Assembly (NCBI GenBank): GCA_038247415.1
Contig: JBBRUX010000001.1
Coordinates: forward strand, 77,445-141,444
Length of the DNA: 64,000 nt
Source: Chitinivibrionales bacterium
Lineage (GTDB): Bacteria; Fibrobacterota; Chitinivibrionia; Chitinivibrionales; WJKA01
Direction: 5' to 3'
The notes below the pieces were generated by a model. It saw nothing but the letters and a program-made list of their open reading frames with translations, was not told the origin of the DNA and searched no databases. Position numbers and translations under genes: made by a program. Below are positions 31,848-41,216 of this stretch, one piece after another (the stretch's first letter is position 1; each line of letters begins with the position of its first letter).

Positions 31848-33037
31848 GATAATTCTCCGGTGAAGGCTTGGTGGAGGAGGGGTTTTTTGAGTTCGGCGAG
31901 GGAGGAGAGTTTTTGTTGGTAGATGGATTGGACTTTTTGGGTTTCAAGTGAGAGAGCATCGAGTTTAGCAATTATCTTCTTTTGTTCTTGGATAGATGGA
32001 AAAAAAGTCGAAAATGCAAAAAGGTGTTCTCGATTAACTTTTGGCATCCCAGCTCTTGCAGATCCTTTTATTGCATAATCTGTAAAACTGTTTGATAGTA
32101 ACAAATAATATAAAAAATCTTTATTTAATGTCAAAGCATTAGGTTTTAATGGGTATATATCCGCGCTACATATACCTGAAAAATCCGGTCGTGCAACTTT
32201 TATTAAGTATGGCCGAATTTTACTATACAGAACCATTGATTGATCGAATGCAAACTTTCCGGAAATAAGGTTCTCTTCTTGCGCTGTTTTTAAATCGATT
32301 AAAACCTCTGATTTACTAACAATATTAGCTCCTCCGACATGATATAAATCAAGGTGTTTTTTTTCTTTTGGATCAATCAACCTTGACGATATTTCACAAA
32401 CCCCATCGAGTCTTTTTTCCTTCCAATCTTTCCCCGGATTTGCAAACACGCTATCCAGATAGCCCTCAAACACCTCCCTCGCATTCGCCAAATTCTTCTC
32501 CGCAATTTCCTTTGCGCGGGCGATGCCGGAAAATGCTTCGTCGAGAATGGCGACGATGCGTTTTTGTTCGGGGAGTGATTTTGAAAAGGTAACGGTAAGA
32601 TTTTCCCATTTAGTTTTGTTAATAATTGGCAAAGTTGCTTGAGCACCTTTCCCCTCCAAAATTACTTTATCTTGAAAGTCCTTTGAAGTCATTGCATAGT
32701 AAAAAAATTTAGTTTCATAACCTTTTTTTAAAGTAAGCGTATTGATTTGCTGATTACAGGATACACCTTGTTCGGAAAAGCCCACGTTACCAATAGTTGC
32801 GCCAATGTAAACCATAAATATTGAACCATTTTCAACTCTTCTTCCTTTCTTCAGACCTATCTCACTTAAACCTTCGTTATCATAACGCAAATCACCCGCC
32901 TTGGTAAAGTCTATGTCTGCGGGCTTAATAAATGGAATAAAACTACTGTAGTTTTCTTTTTCCGATGTTTTAGGTGTTGTTCCCGTTTGAGTTATTCCGA
33001 GTTCAATCATTTTTTTTACTTCCCAACCCTCCTTCAT
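31844..33037 (-). CDS. hsdS: Type I R-M specificity subunit S
   Basis: Two TRDs, each followed by a conserved helix (LPEQKRIVAILD; IQEQKKIIAKLD...LLHQAFTGEL). Confidence 0.92.
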   Translation of the reverse strand: MKEGWEVKKMIELGITQTGTTPKTSEKENYSSFIPFIKPADIDFTKAGDLRYDNEGLSEIGLKKGRRVENGSIFMVYIGATIGNVGFSEQGVSCNQQINTLTLKKGYETKFFYYAMTSKDFQDKVILEGKGAQATLPIINKTKWENLTVTFSKSLPEQKRIVAILDEAFSGIARAKEIAEKNLANAREVFEGYLDSVFANPGKDWKEKRLDGVCEISSRLIDPKEKKHLDLYHVGGANIVSKSEVLIDLKTAQEENLISGKFAFDQSMVLYSKIRPYLIKVARPDFSGICSADIYPLKPNALTLNKDFLYYLLLSNSFTDYAIKGSARAGMPKVNREHLFAFSTFFPSIQEQKKIIAKLDALSLETQKVQSIYQQKLSSLAELKKPLLHQAFTGELS

Positions 33038-33918
33038 AATAATTCCTTCAGCTTATCAACAATAGTCACCGAAGCTTTGTCCAATCTGGAAAAAGCAAAC
33101 CACCGTTTACCAAGATCTTTAAGCGATGCTCCAATATGATAAACCTCTGTATCATCTATGATTAAAAAGCGATCATGAGCTTTGTTAAATTCTCGAATCA
33201 TAACTGACTGATATTGTTCGTTATATTTTTGTGCATCCAGTTCAAGTTTCTTTGAAATATTCTTTGTCAAAATCGTTAAGGAAACATCTTTTCTTATTTT
33301 ACAAAAAAGAACAAGCACACTTTCATCAACATAGTTATCAATAAGAACTATTGACTTTTTCGCAGTATTGATAAGATTGTTTATCAATACATAAGCGTCA
33401 AAGACCTGTCCATCAAAGAAAACCCCCTGTTTTGGCTGAATAGCCCTTGTTTCAATAGCGTTCAGAACATTGTTAAACTTTTTATCCGTTTCTATTTGTT
33501 TTATTTCAAGAGTATCGAGTCGTTGAAATATTCGTGCGTTAGTTAAGATAAGTCGGCGCATGGCGACAAAAGCATTCATGATCTGTATGCTCACACTGAT
33601 TGCAACACTACTTCTAAGCACCGAAGAAAGCATAGCAACTCCCTGCTCAGTGAAAGCATAGGGAGGTTTTCTCAATCCCATTTTATCTGAATTGGAAGTC
33701 ACAATTTGTGACTTCCAATTATTAAACTCTTCAATTGTCAGTTGAAACATGAACTCTTCTGGAAAGCGTTCGCTATTTCATTTGACAGCTTGGTTAAGGA
33801 TCTTTGTTTCAACGCTGTATAAAGAGGCAATTTCTCTATCAAGAATAACCTGCCGACCTCTAATATTTAAAATGTTTGCTTGAACTCTTTCGGTAGTTAT
33901 TAATTCGCTTTTAGACAT
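33034..33918 (-). pseudogene. ORF6N-domain DNA-binding protein with C-terminal PLD-like domain; in-frame TGA at codon 47
   Basis: From ATG 33918: MSKSELITTERVQANILNIRGRQVILDREIASLYSVETKILNQAVK*NSERFPEEFMFQL (TGA 33778-33780 in place of the conserved Arg), PYAFTEQGVAMLS, C-terminal HDRFLIID..YHIGASLKDLG. Confidence 0.85.
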
Positions 33919-35369
33919 ATCAGTTCCTCTATTTTTTTCAAAATCTCGGAACTCTCTTCATCCAAAGCCTTCATTTCCTTCAGAATCTTTTCTGGTGAGC
34001 GTAATGCGGCTTCTTCCTTCTTGTTTGGATTCTTAGCACTAAGATCAAAAGTGGCTTGATCAATTTTCTTTATACCTACTGTCCAAGAATTTGCACTCTC
34101 AGCAAACGTTTTCTGTAGCTTTACAAATTCAGCCAAATCATTCTCATTCAGCGGATTGGTCTTCCCTAAATTTCTGTCAAGATTAAGCTGGTAATACCAG
34201 ACCTTCTTTGTGGGTTTACCCTTTTCAAAAAACAGCACAACAGTCTTTACACCTGCACCGGTAAAAACACCGCCCGGCAAATCAAGTACCGTATGTAAAT
34301 CACAACTTTCAAGAAGCATTTTTCGCAACAAAACAGACGCATTATCGGTGTTTGATAGAAAAGTATTCTTTATGACTATTCCCGCACGGCCACCGGCGCG
34401 CAAAATCTTTATGTAGTGCTGCAGGAAAAGAAAGGCGGTTTCTCCAGTCTTAATAGGGAAATTTTGTTGTACTTCGGAGCGTTCTTTGCCACCGAAGGGT
34501 GGATTGGTCAAGACAATATCATAGCGATCTTTTTCCTGAATATCGGCAAGGTTTTCTGATAATGTATTCGTGTGAATAATATTCGGTGCTTCAACGCCAT
34601 GCAGAATCATGTTCATGGTGCCGATGATGTAGGCGAGAGACTTTTTTTCCTTGCCGTAGAAGGTCTTCTTTTGTAAAACCTCCATATCTTTTGTCTTCAG
34701 ATTTTTTCCAGTTTTGAGATATTCAAAGGCCTCGCACAGAAATCCTTCCGAACCGACCGCACCGTCGTAGATCGTTTCACCAATCTGGGGGTCTACCACT
34801 TTGACAATGGTTTTAATGAGCGTGCGGGAGGTGTAGTATTCGCCACCGTTGCGGCCAGCATTGCCCATGTTCTGAATTTTTGCTTCATACAAATGAGACA
34901 TCTTATGCTTTTCCGCATGTGACCGAAAGCGAAGTTCATCAATAAGATTTATCACTTCACGAAGATTGTACCCGCTCTGTATCTTGTTTTTCAGTTCGCT
35001 AAATATTTCGCCTATTTTGTAAACGATCGTATCGGGGCTTTCGGCGTCGGTCTCGAATTTCTTTAGGTAGGGAAAAAGCTTGTGGTCTACAAAATCCTTG
35101 AGATCATCGCCGGTTAAGGGTTTATGGTGATCAAGCTTGCCGTCTTTCTCTTTGGGCATTGCCCATTTTTCCCAGCGGTATTGGGTCTCAATTATTGTGG
35201 AATATGGTTTCCCTGAAAGTTCCGCCGCCGTTTGCTTGTCCTTTTCAAAATCGTCAAGATATTTGAGAAAGAGAATCCATGAGGTTTGTTCCACGTAGTC
35301 AAGTTCACTGCTGCATCCGGCGTCTTTGTGAAGGATGTCGTCGATATTTTTGAAAGTTTGTTCGAACAT
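33900..35369 (-). CDS. hsdM: Type I R-M N6-adenine methyltransferase subunit M
   Basis: MFEQTFKNIDD, GRNGGEYYT, motif I DGAVGSEGFL, NPPFGG. Confidence 0.93.
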   Translation of the reverse strand: MFEQTFKNIDDILHKDAGCSSELDYVEQTSWILFLKYLDDFEKDKQTAAELSGKPYSTIIETQYRWEKWAMPKEKDGKLDHHKPLTGDDLKDFVDHKLFPYLKKFETDAESPDTIVYKIGEIFSELKNKIQSGYNLREVINLIDELRFRSHAEKHKMSHLYEAKIQNMGNAGRNGGEYYTSRTLIKTIVKVVDPQIGETIYDGAVGSEGFLCEAFEYLKTGKNLKTKDMEVLQKKTFYGKEKKSLAYIIGTMNMILHGVEAPNIIHTNTLSENLADIQEKDRYDIVLTNPPFGGKERSEVQQNFPIKTGETAFLFLQHYIKILRAGGRAGIVIKNTFLSNTDNASVLLRKMLLESCDLHTVLDLPGGVFTGAGVKTVVLFFEKGKPTKKVWYYQLNLDRNLGKTNPLNENDLAEFVKLQKTFAESANSWTVGIKKIDQATFDLSAKNPNKKEEAALRSPEKILKEMKALDEESSEILKKIEELICLKAN

Positions 35370-35414
35370 TGATATTACTTCGCTTTCTTTTTCAATCTCA
35401 CTTGGTATAAAAAA

Positions 35415-36128
35415 TCAATCGTTTACCGGCATTTGATCCCATACTCTGTTTTCAAGCACTCGACCATTCTCTTTTTTCCGAACCCCGCCCCACTGCTTGA
35501 AGAAGAAAGGTGTATTGGTTTTGATGCAAACATCTCGAATAGAAGTAACCCATTCCTTTTTCATTGGCCTTGCGCCTGGCCCGGACTCACCACCAACGAT
35601 TACCCAATCAATACCAGAAAGGTTTAGCCCTGCAATTGGGCCAATAAGCGGCTCGATTGATAGGAATTTTGTATGAGCACCCACCAGACGCAAATCTTCA
35701 ATCCGTGAACGTGTTGCGGTATGCTCGACGGTAACGCCTTGCCAGATATTGGGTGTCCATTTGATTTTCTTTGATAATTTCAGCAATCTTTCAGAACGCT
35801 TGGTAAGGACCTGAAAAGTGTGCCACCGTGCTTTGTTCATAACAGAAAAGAGCTTCAGTATTTGTTCGTCTGAAATGTCCTCGTGAAAGGTGTCACTCAT
35901 GGAATTCACAAAAATCATCCGTGATTTTTTCCATGAGAGCGGTTTCTCCAAGAGGTGTTCATGAAACACCGGAGAAAAACCTAATTGATATGCCTCTGTG
36001 CCCATTTCTTGAAGGCGCTTGGCCATACGTTCCGCATAGCAGTTCAGGCATCCGGCAGAATGCTTTGTGCAGCCGGTAATTGGATTCCAGGCTGTTTCGG
36101 TCCATTCGATTCGTGTGCTATGTGCCAT
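35415..36128 (-). CDS. DUF5131 (phage Gp37/Gp68) family protein
   Basis: IEWTETAWNPITGCTKHSAGCLNCYA, FVNSMSD, FQVLTKR, SIEPL, WVIVGGESG, FFKQWGG. Confidence 0.92.
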   Translation of the reverse strand: MAHSTRIEWTETAWNPITGCTKHSAGCLNCYAERMAKRLQEMGTEAYQLGFSPVFHEHLLEKPLSWKKSRMIFVNSMSDTFHEDISDEQILKLFSVMNKARWHTFQVLTKRSERLLKLSKKIKWTPNIWQGVTVEHTATRSRIEDLRLVGAHTKFLSIEPLIGPIAGLNLSGIDWVIVGGESGPGARPMKKEWVTSIRDVCIKTNTPFFFKQWGGVRKKENGRVLENRVWDQMPVND

Positions 36129-36136
36129 AATACCCT

Positions 36137-36864
36137 CTATTTCTTATGCTGTATTGTTACTCTGATTGTATCATCGTTCAGATAAAATGCACCTGCACGT
36201 CTATTATTTTCTGCTCCTAAAAATCTGCTCGTGTAAGCTTGATGTAGGCTGAGAATTCTGGCAACTCGATAAAGCGCGCAATGAATGCGGAAGAAATGAA
36301 GAATAAGAAGTCGGTGCGTTCTAAGCTAACAATTTGTGAGAATATTTCCCTTGTCACATGTTTAATACCGTACTGGTCAAGAAACATGAATTGAGGCGCT
36401 TTAGCAAATTCTTTGAATTGCGGCTGCAAAATCTTGAAGAGGTTCTGAAAATCCTTATCTGTGTGAAGCAATTTGAAGCAACAGTTTGGGTTATCCTTAC
36501 TCGGGCATGTATAGCCAGTACCAGAATCGTGTTTGCAGTTTTCTAATGTAGCGTTGCAGCATTCAGAAAGTCGCTTCGCTTTGCGCTTTCTTGCTTCATT
36601 GAGAACAACAAGGACAGGCATATTTCTCTTCACAATTTCATCGCAATACAACTTGATTTCGTCAAGAATTATAATCGGGCTGCCGGCTGCGCCATCCTTA
36701 TCTGCACCAGCGCCAGCAAACAAATCATAAATAGCAAGTTTCTGCCATATTCTATTGTGATCCTTTATAAAAACGGGCAGCCAGTTCCTAAGATATTGCC
36801 GCAATATCTCAAGCTTAATCAATGTGCCTTCATCGAAGGATTTTTTATGCATGTCTGCTGGCAT
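36137..36864 (-). pseudogene. tcmP: Three-Cys-motif partner protein (TcmP-like), frameshifted or internally deleted
   Basis: KLEILRQYLRNW, DLFAGAG, GSPII, FLDQYG. The ORF stops at 36217, and an out-of-frame tail GAENNRRAGAFYLNDD...KK* ends 8 nt before the DUF5131 start. Confidence 0.75.
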
Positions 36865-37411
36865 GAACGCTCTTCTTTCTTCATTCCGGCACCCCGCCTC
36901 TGAATTGCTTTGTCTTTTTCTGTGACCCTTGGAAATCCCTAACGAGAGACCCCGCCGTCTTCAAATTCTATTTTGTCATCATTCTTTGCGCGTGCCTATA
37001 CTTCAATCATGCCTGGTTTATTGTGCACAACTGCAGCTTTATTAATTGTTTGTATTCGCTCTGCTCTTGAAAAAAAGACTGAATTTGCCGTTTTGAGAAT
37101 CTTGGCACACATGGTGGGATCTTACTGGATGTAATCGGAAAGCATCCCTGCATCCACTTCTGGCTCCTGCGATTTTTGCAGGATCTTGAGGGCAACGGCA
37201 GGCTGAGTACCACTATGCTCGATATTCCAGATGATGTGCTGAAAAGTAGTTTCGTCAATCACTATAAAGCTTTCTGTCAAACAGTGTAAGTACCGTTTCA
37301 AGAATACTGGCCAATTCACGCGTGCGAAAATAAATTGCAATTGCGGCAAGCAAGGAATCTACCACTATTGCTGTTACGTTAAATATAAACACTGCATCCG
37401 CCAACATGCTA

Positions 37412-37813
37412 TTATGATCCAGTTTTGATTGTGAAGTAAAATCGTTTTTCCGAAGACTCCCCATCCCAGGCATACCCGCTGAATATCTTGATAAAGTACT
37501 GCCCTGGCACCAGATACTTCTTATAGCGCAAACTCCCTTGTCCGTCGTCATAGGCACTGCCTAGACTGACAAGCTCCTTATCAAACAAATACATCTGGAA
37601 ACTTGGTAGTTTCGAAGAGATTGAATCAACCGAAAATTTGTATCGTAGTTCCGAGGATGCATCAGCGTATCCATCATAGATTTGAAAATAGTACGTTCCC
37701 TTCTTCAGGGAATACCCAAAGATATTCGGTACGCCCGAAGTAATGTATTTATAGGAAACTTGTGTGCCCTCAAAATCAAGCAAGTCAATTACCACCACAC
37801 ACCCCTTTTTCAT
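37412..37813 (-). CDS. Hypothetical protein with two beta-rich internal repeats
   Basis: LKKGTYYFQIYDGY...YKFSV and LVPGQYFIKIFSGY...FYFTI. Confidence 0.5.
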   Translation of the reverse strand: MKKGCVVVIDLLDFEGTQVSYKYITSGVPNIFGYSLKKGTYYFQIYDGYADASSELRYKFSVDSISSKLPSFQMYLFDKELVSLGSAYDDGQGSLRYKKYLVPGQYFIKIFSGYAWDGESSEKRFYFTIKTGS

Positions 37814-37932
37814 TAATTTTTTTTATTTAAAAAAATCTTTCATTGAGTGCATTTTTTCCTAGGAGTTAGCAAACACCGAAAGTATATTGCCTGCAAATGT
37901 GGGTTTTACCCTTTATTTGCAGGAGGTTTAGA

Positions 37933-39141
37933 ATGCCCCAACAAATCACAATTTCCGAATCCCCGCTCACCCTTGATGCACTTTGGCAACATTGGATTCG
38001 AAAAACAGCCCATGCGTTAGCTCTTTCTCCTTCCATGCCATGCGGTACAACTGCTCTGGTCGAGAGATTTTTAACGGCAAACCCTGGCGACCCAAGAGCA
38101 ATACCGCCATCGCAGGTGGTTTCGTTTATCGATAAAGGTTTAGAAAACTTCCGTGACGCTCTTACATTCTTTTATGACCAGGTAGCTCACTCTCCCGATC
38201 ATCTAGAGGTTCTTAAACAAATGCAATCCAAGCAGGCAGCACCAAATCTTTTGCTTTTTTCCCCAACCCAAGCAGCAATTCCAACACTCAAAGAGATTGG
38301 AACCTATTTAAATGCGCATACAAAAATGTTGCACCTTCACGAATACTGCTCGCGTACCCAAATAAATTATGTACAAGCAGTAGAACAATTTCTAATCTTT
38401 TGCCATAATCAGAAGCTTATTCTTAATGCACCAAGCGTGAACACCTATCTTAAGTTTCTTAAAAATCAACACGAGTGGGCTGCTCGAACCATTAATCTCA
38501 ATGTTTCGGCGTTACGATTTTTCTTTGAACAAGTGCTCTCGATAGAGCTTTCTAACGAGACTGTACCATGCGAAAAAGCACGCCGTCCTTTGCCCCGGAT
38601 CCATACTCTTTATGAAGTACGAAAAATTATTGAGAGCGCCCGTATGAAAAAACACCGAATTATTCTGATGCTGGCTTATGGATGCGGTTTGCGGGTCGAC
38701 GAGATACGAAAACTGACCCCACACAGTATCGATTTAGGCCGCAAAAACATTCAAATAGGAGAAGGCGATAAAGCTCGCTTGGTAATGCTTGACAAAAGTA
38801 TCTGCATCGAAATCGAACGCTTTATGAGCACACTGCGTAAACCACGCTACCTTTTTGAAAACGAACGCATTAGCAAACCCATTACCGCGCGAGCAATAGC
38901 ATCTATGTATGACAGTGCTTGTCTTAAAGCGAATATTTCATCACAGGGGGGAATTCATACGCTGCGCCACTCTTTCGCCGTGCATCTTATTCAACAAGGT
39001 ATCGATTTGCGGCATGTGCAGGAGCTTTTGGGACATAAGAATAGCAGAACAACCGAAATGTATTCATGCTATTGCACCAAAGAACCGCAAACCATTAAAA
39101 GTCCCATTGCTCAACTCAAACTCGTTACTTCACAAACCTGA
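37933..39141 (+). CDS. Tyrosine recombinase/integrase with extended N-terminus
   Basis: AGGAGG RBS; YGCGLRVDE, HTLRHSFA, QELLGH..TTEMY; SAM-like N-terminal domain. Confidence 0.92.
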   Translation: MPQQITISESPLTLDALWQHWIRKTAHALALSPSMPCGTTALVERFLTANPGDPRAIPPSQVVSFIDKGLENFRDALTFFYDQVAHSPDHLEVLKQMQSKQAAPNLLLFSPTQAAIPTLKEIGTYLNAHTKMLHLHEYCSRTQINYVQAVEQFLIFCHNQKLILNAPSVNTYLKFLKNQHEWAARTINLNVSALRFFFEQVLSIELSNETVPCEKARRPLPRIHTLYEVRKIIESARMKKHRIILMLAYGCGLRVDEIRKLTPHSIDLGRKNIQIGEGDKARLVMLDKSICIEIERFMSTLRKPRYLFENERISKPITARAIASMYDSACLKANISSQGGIHTLRHSFAVHLIQQGIDLRHVQELLGHKNSRTTEMYSCYCTKEPQTIKSPIAQLKLVTSQT

Positions 39142-39153
39142 GTGCAGCATTTC

Positions 39154-40047
39154 TTACCGGTGCCATAAAGCGAGGATAGATCCGGCTATCATGAGGATTG
39201 AAGCAAGAGAAGCGCGTAGAAGCTTTCGTTCCGAAAAAAGGGCCCCACCGCCCACTACCGTTAGTAACACAGAAAACAAAGTAAGCATTTTTACATAGGT
39301 GACGCCACTTGACACAGAGACCGCAGCAGCCACTGCTGCCATTTGAGCATAAAACCCGGCAATCCATAAAAGACCTTGAATAATCACACTCCAGGTGCAA
39401 CCTGCTAAAAGCGTTGTACGCCATGACTTGCGCGCAATAATGGCCAGCATGAGGCCACTTGACACAACGCTAAAAAAGAATGAGTATAAAAGTGCATCCC
39501 CAGCTCCAATAGCAATTCTATCGAGAACCGTAGTTAAACCAAATGCCAGAGCAACACCAATCATGATGTGTGCTGTCTTATTGTTTGTAAATGCCTTAAA
39601 AGTAGCCCTACCTGTTGACCCAGCCTGATAATTAAGAATAAATGCTCCTGCGCACGCAAGAACAAGACCCCACAAGGATAGCGCTGGTGGTACTTGACGT
39701 AGCAATAGAGCAGCACAAGGAACCATGAACAGGGGCGTTAGACTTTGGTAGGGGATACACGTTGAAACAGGATTACGCTGCAAAATGCGAATTTGCAGAA
39801 TGCCCCCAACGGCCGTTATGGTTACTGTTATGCATAAGATACCAAAAAACGTAAGGGGAGTATGAATTTCATGATGCCCCCTGTACAAAAGCGGGAGCAA
39901 TGCAATCATGCCAATGAACCGTGTCCAAAAAACTAGGACATCTGGGGCAATGCTAGAGCAAAAACGTTTGATGCAAACTTGGCGACATGCAATAAAACAC
40001 GCCGACAAACATGCTAAAAAAATCCAGGAATGTGATACACTACTCAT
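39154..40047 (-). CDS. EamA/DMT family transporter
   Basis: About 10 hydrophobic segments in 297 aa; ..LFSERKL..ASILMIAG C-terminal pattern. Confidence 0.85.
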   Translation of the reverse strand: MSSVSHSWIFLACLSACFIACRQVCIKRFCSSIAPDVLVFWTRFIGMIALLPLLYRGHHEIHTPLTFFGILCITVTITAVGGILQIRILQRNPVSTCIPYQSLTPLFMVPCAALLLRQVPPALSLWGLVLACAGAFILNYQAGSTGRATFKAFTNNKTAHIMIGVALAFGLTTVLDRIAIGAGDALLYSFFFSVVSSGLMLAIIARKSWRTTLLAGCTWSVIIQGLLWIAGFYAQMAAVAAAVSVSSGVTYVKMLTLFSVLLTVVGGGALFSERKLLRASLASILMIAGSILALWHR

Positions 40048-41126
40048 ACAGCGTACAAAAGATCTTGCGCCTGGGTTATCACATCCATGAGTGGCAAATG
40101 ATTAGGGCACCGGGTAGCACACAAACCGCACTTGACACATTTGTCTAGTCGCAAACCCTCTTCCCATTGTTTTTCCACAAAAGCCTGTTTTGCCTGCGCC
40201 ATGCCCATATATTTAAAGAGGTTATAGTACGAAAGACTCGCACCAAGATTAATATTCTGTGGACATGGCATGCAATAACCGCAGGCAGTACAACGCGCCT
40301 CGGTAGGATTAATCAGGGAATTGACTTCTGCTAAAACTGCTTCGGTGGTACGCAATGGCACAGCATATTTTTTCTGCATCGCAGCTGCATAATCAACCTC
40401 TGTGGTATTAGCCATACCAGGAAGAATGTGCACATTGTCAAAACCCATTAAAAACTCGAACGCAAGCTCTGCAAGCCGCGGATTTTTTCCCAAAAAGCCA
40501 CCGGCAAGGGGATTCATGGCTATAACAGCAATGCCATTGCGCGCACAATATTCAACAGTACGCATACGGGTAGTATTAATAATATTTAAAGGGATGGTGA
40601 CTGTTTCGAATCGGCCACTTTCAAGGAAATGAATGATCGTGTCGTTATCGGCATGGGTAGTAATGCCAACATGATCAAATTTACCTTCGGATCGCAATTG
40701 GTCAACAGCTTCAAACCATCCTCCAGGTTTTTGAGCTTCTGTAAACTGTTCGCGCGTATGAGTTGTCCACAAATGATAATAATCGACGCGATCCATGGCA
40801 AGTCGCGACAACGACTGATTAAATACCTGACGTAGCTGTGCTGCTGTTCTTACACCAAATCCACCCGATGGGTTAAAATCACCAAGCTCAAGGCCCCCAT
40901 TACCCACAGCACATTTTGTTGACACAAGAATACGTTTGCGGTATGAGGCCTCTGCCAATGCAGTACCAATCCAGCTTTCGGAGTTTTCTTCTTCGCTTTG
41001 ATTGCAATAACAGGGGGATGTATCGATATAATTAAACCCATTATCAATTGCCCGATGTATCACATCCCCCGCTGTGGACCTGCTTATAAATCGCATACCA
41101 CCCATAATTATTTTAGAAATTTGCAT
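40044..41126 (-). CDS. Aldo/keto reductase with C-terminal 4Fe-4S dicluster domain
   Basis: GFNYIDTS, STK, SLSRL..DYYHLW, MNPLAGG, CTACGYCMPCP and CVKCGLCATRCP; start ATG 41126 with AAGGAG RBS. Confidence 0.9.
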   Translation of the reverse strand: MQISKIIMGGMRFISRSTAGDVIHRAIDNGFNYIDTSPCYCNQSEEENSESWIGTALAEASYRKRILVSTKCAVGNGGLELGDFNPSGGFGVRTAAQLRQVFNQSLSRLAMDRVDYYHLWTTHTREQFTEAQKPGGWFEAVDQLRSEGKFDHVGITTHADNDTIIHFLESGRFETVTIPLNIINTTRMRTVEYCARNGIAVIAMNPLAGGFLGKNPRLAELAFEFLMGFDNVHILPGMANTTEVDYAAAMQKKYAVPLRTTEAVLAEVNSLINPTEARCTACGYCMPCPQNINLGASLSYYNLFKYMGMAQAKQAFVEKQWEEGLRLDKCVKCGLCATRCPNHLPLMDVITQAQDLLYAV

Positions 41127-41216
41127 CCCGCACTCCTTGAGCTTTTTTGTGTCAAAAACTTTATGTATAAAATACTCTGACGTACTTATGAATACATCAT
41201 TGTATTTTTCAACACC

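Noticed and set aside
37007..37557. Short overlapping minus-strand ORFs
   Set aside because: No RBS or family motifs recognised; possibly decayed fragments, but not supportable.
28137..39141. Integron (integrase divergent from a gene array)
   Set aside because: The integrase lacks the IntI-specific insertion before the HxxR box, no repeated attC-like palindromes were found between island genes, and the genes overlap like an operon.
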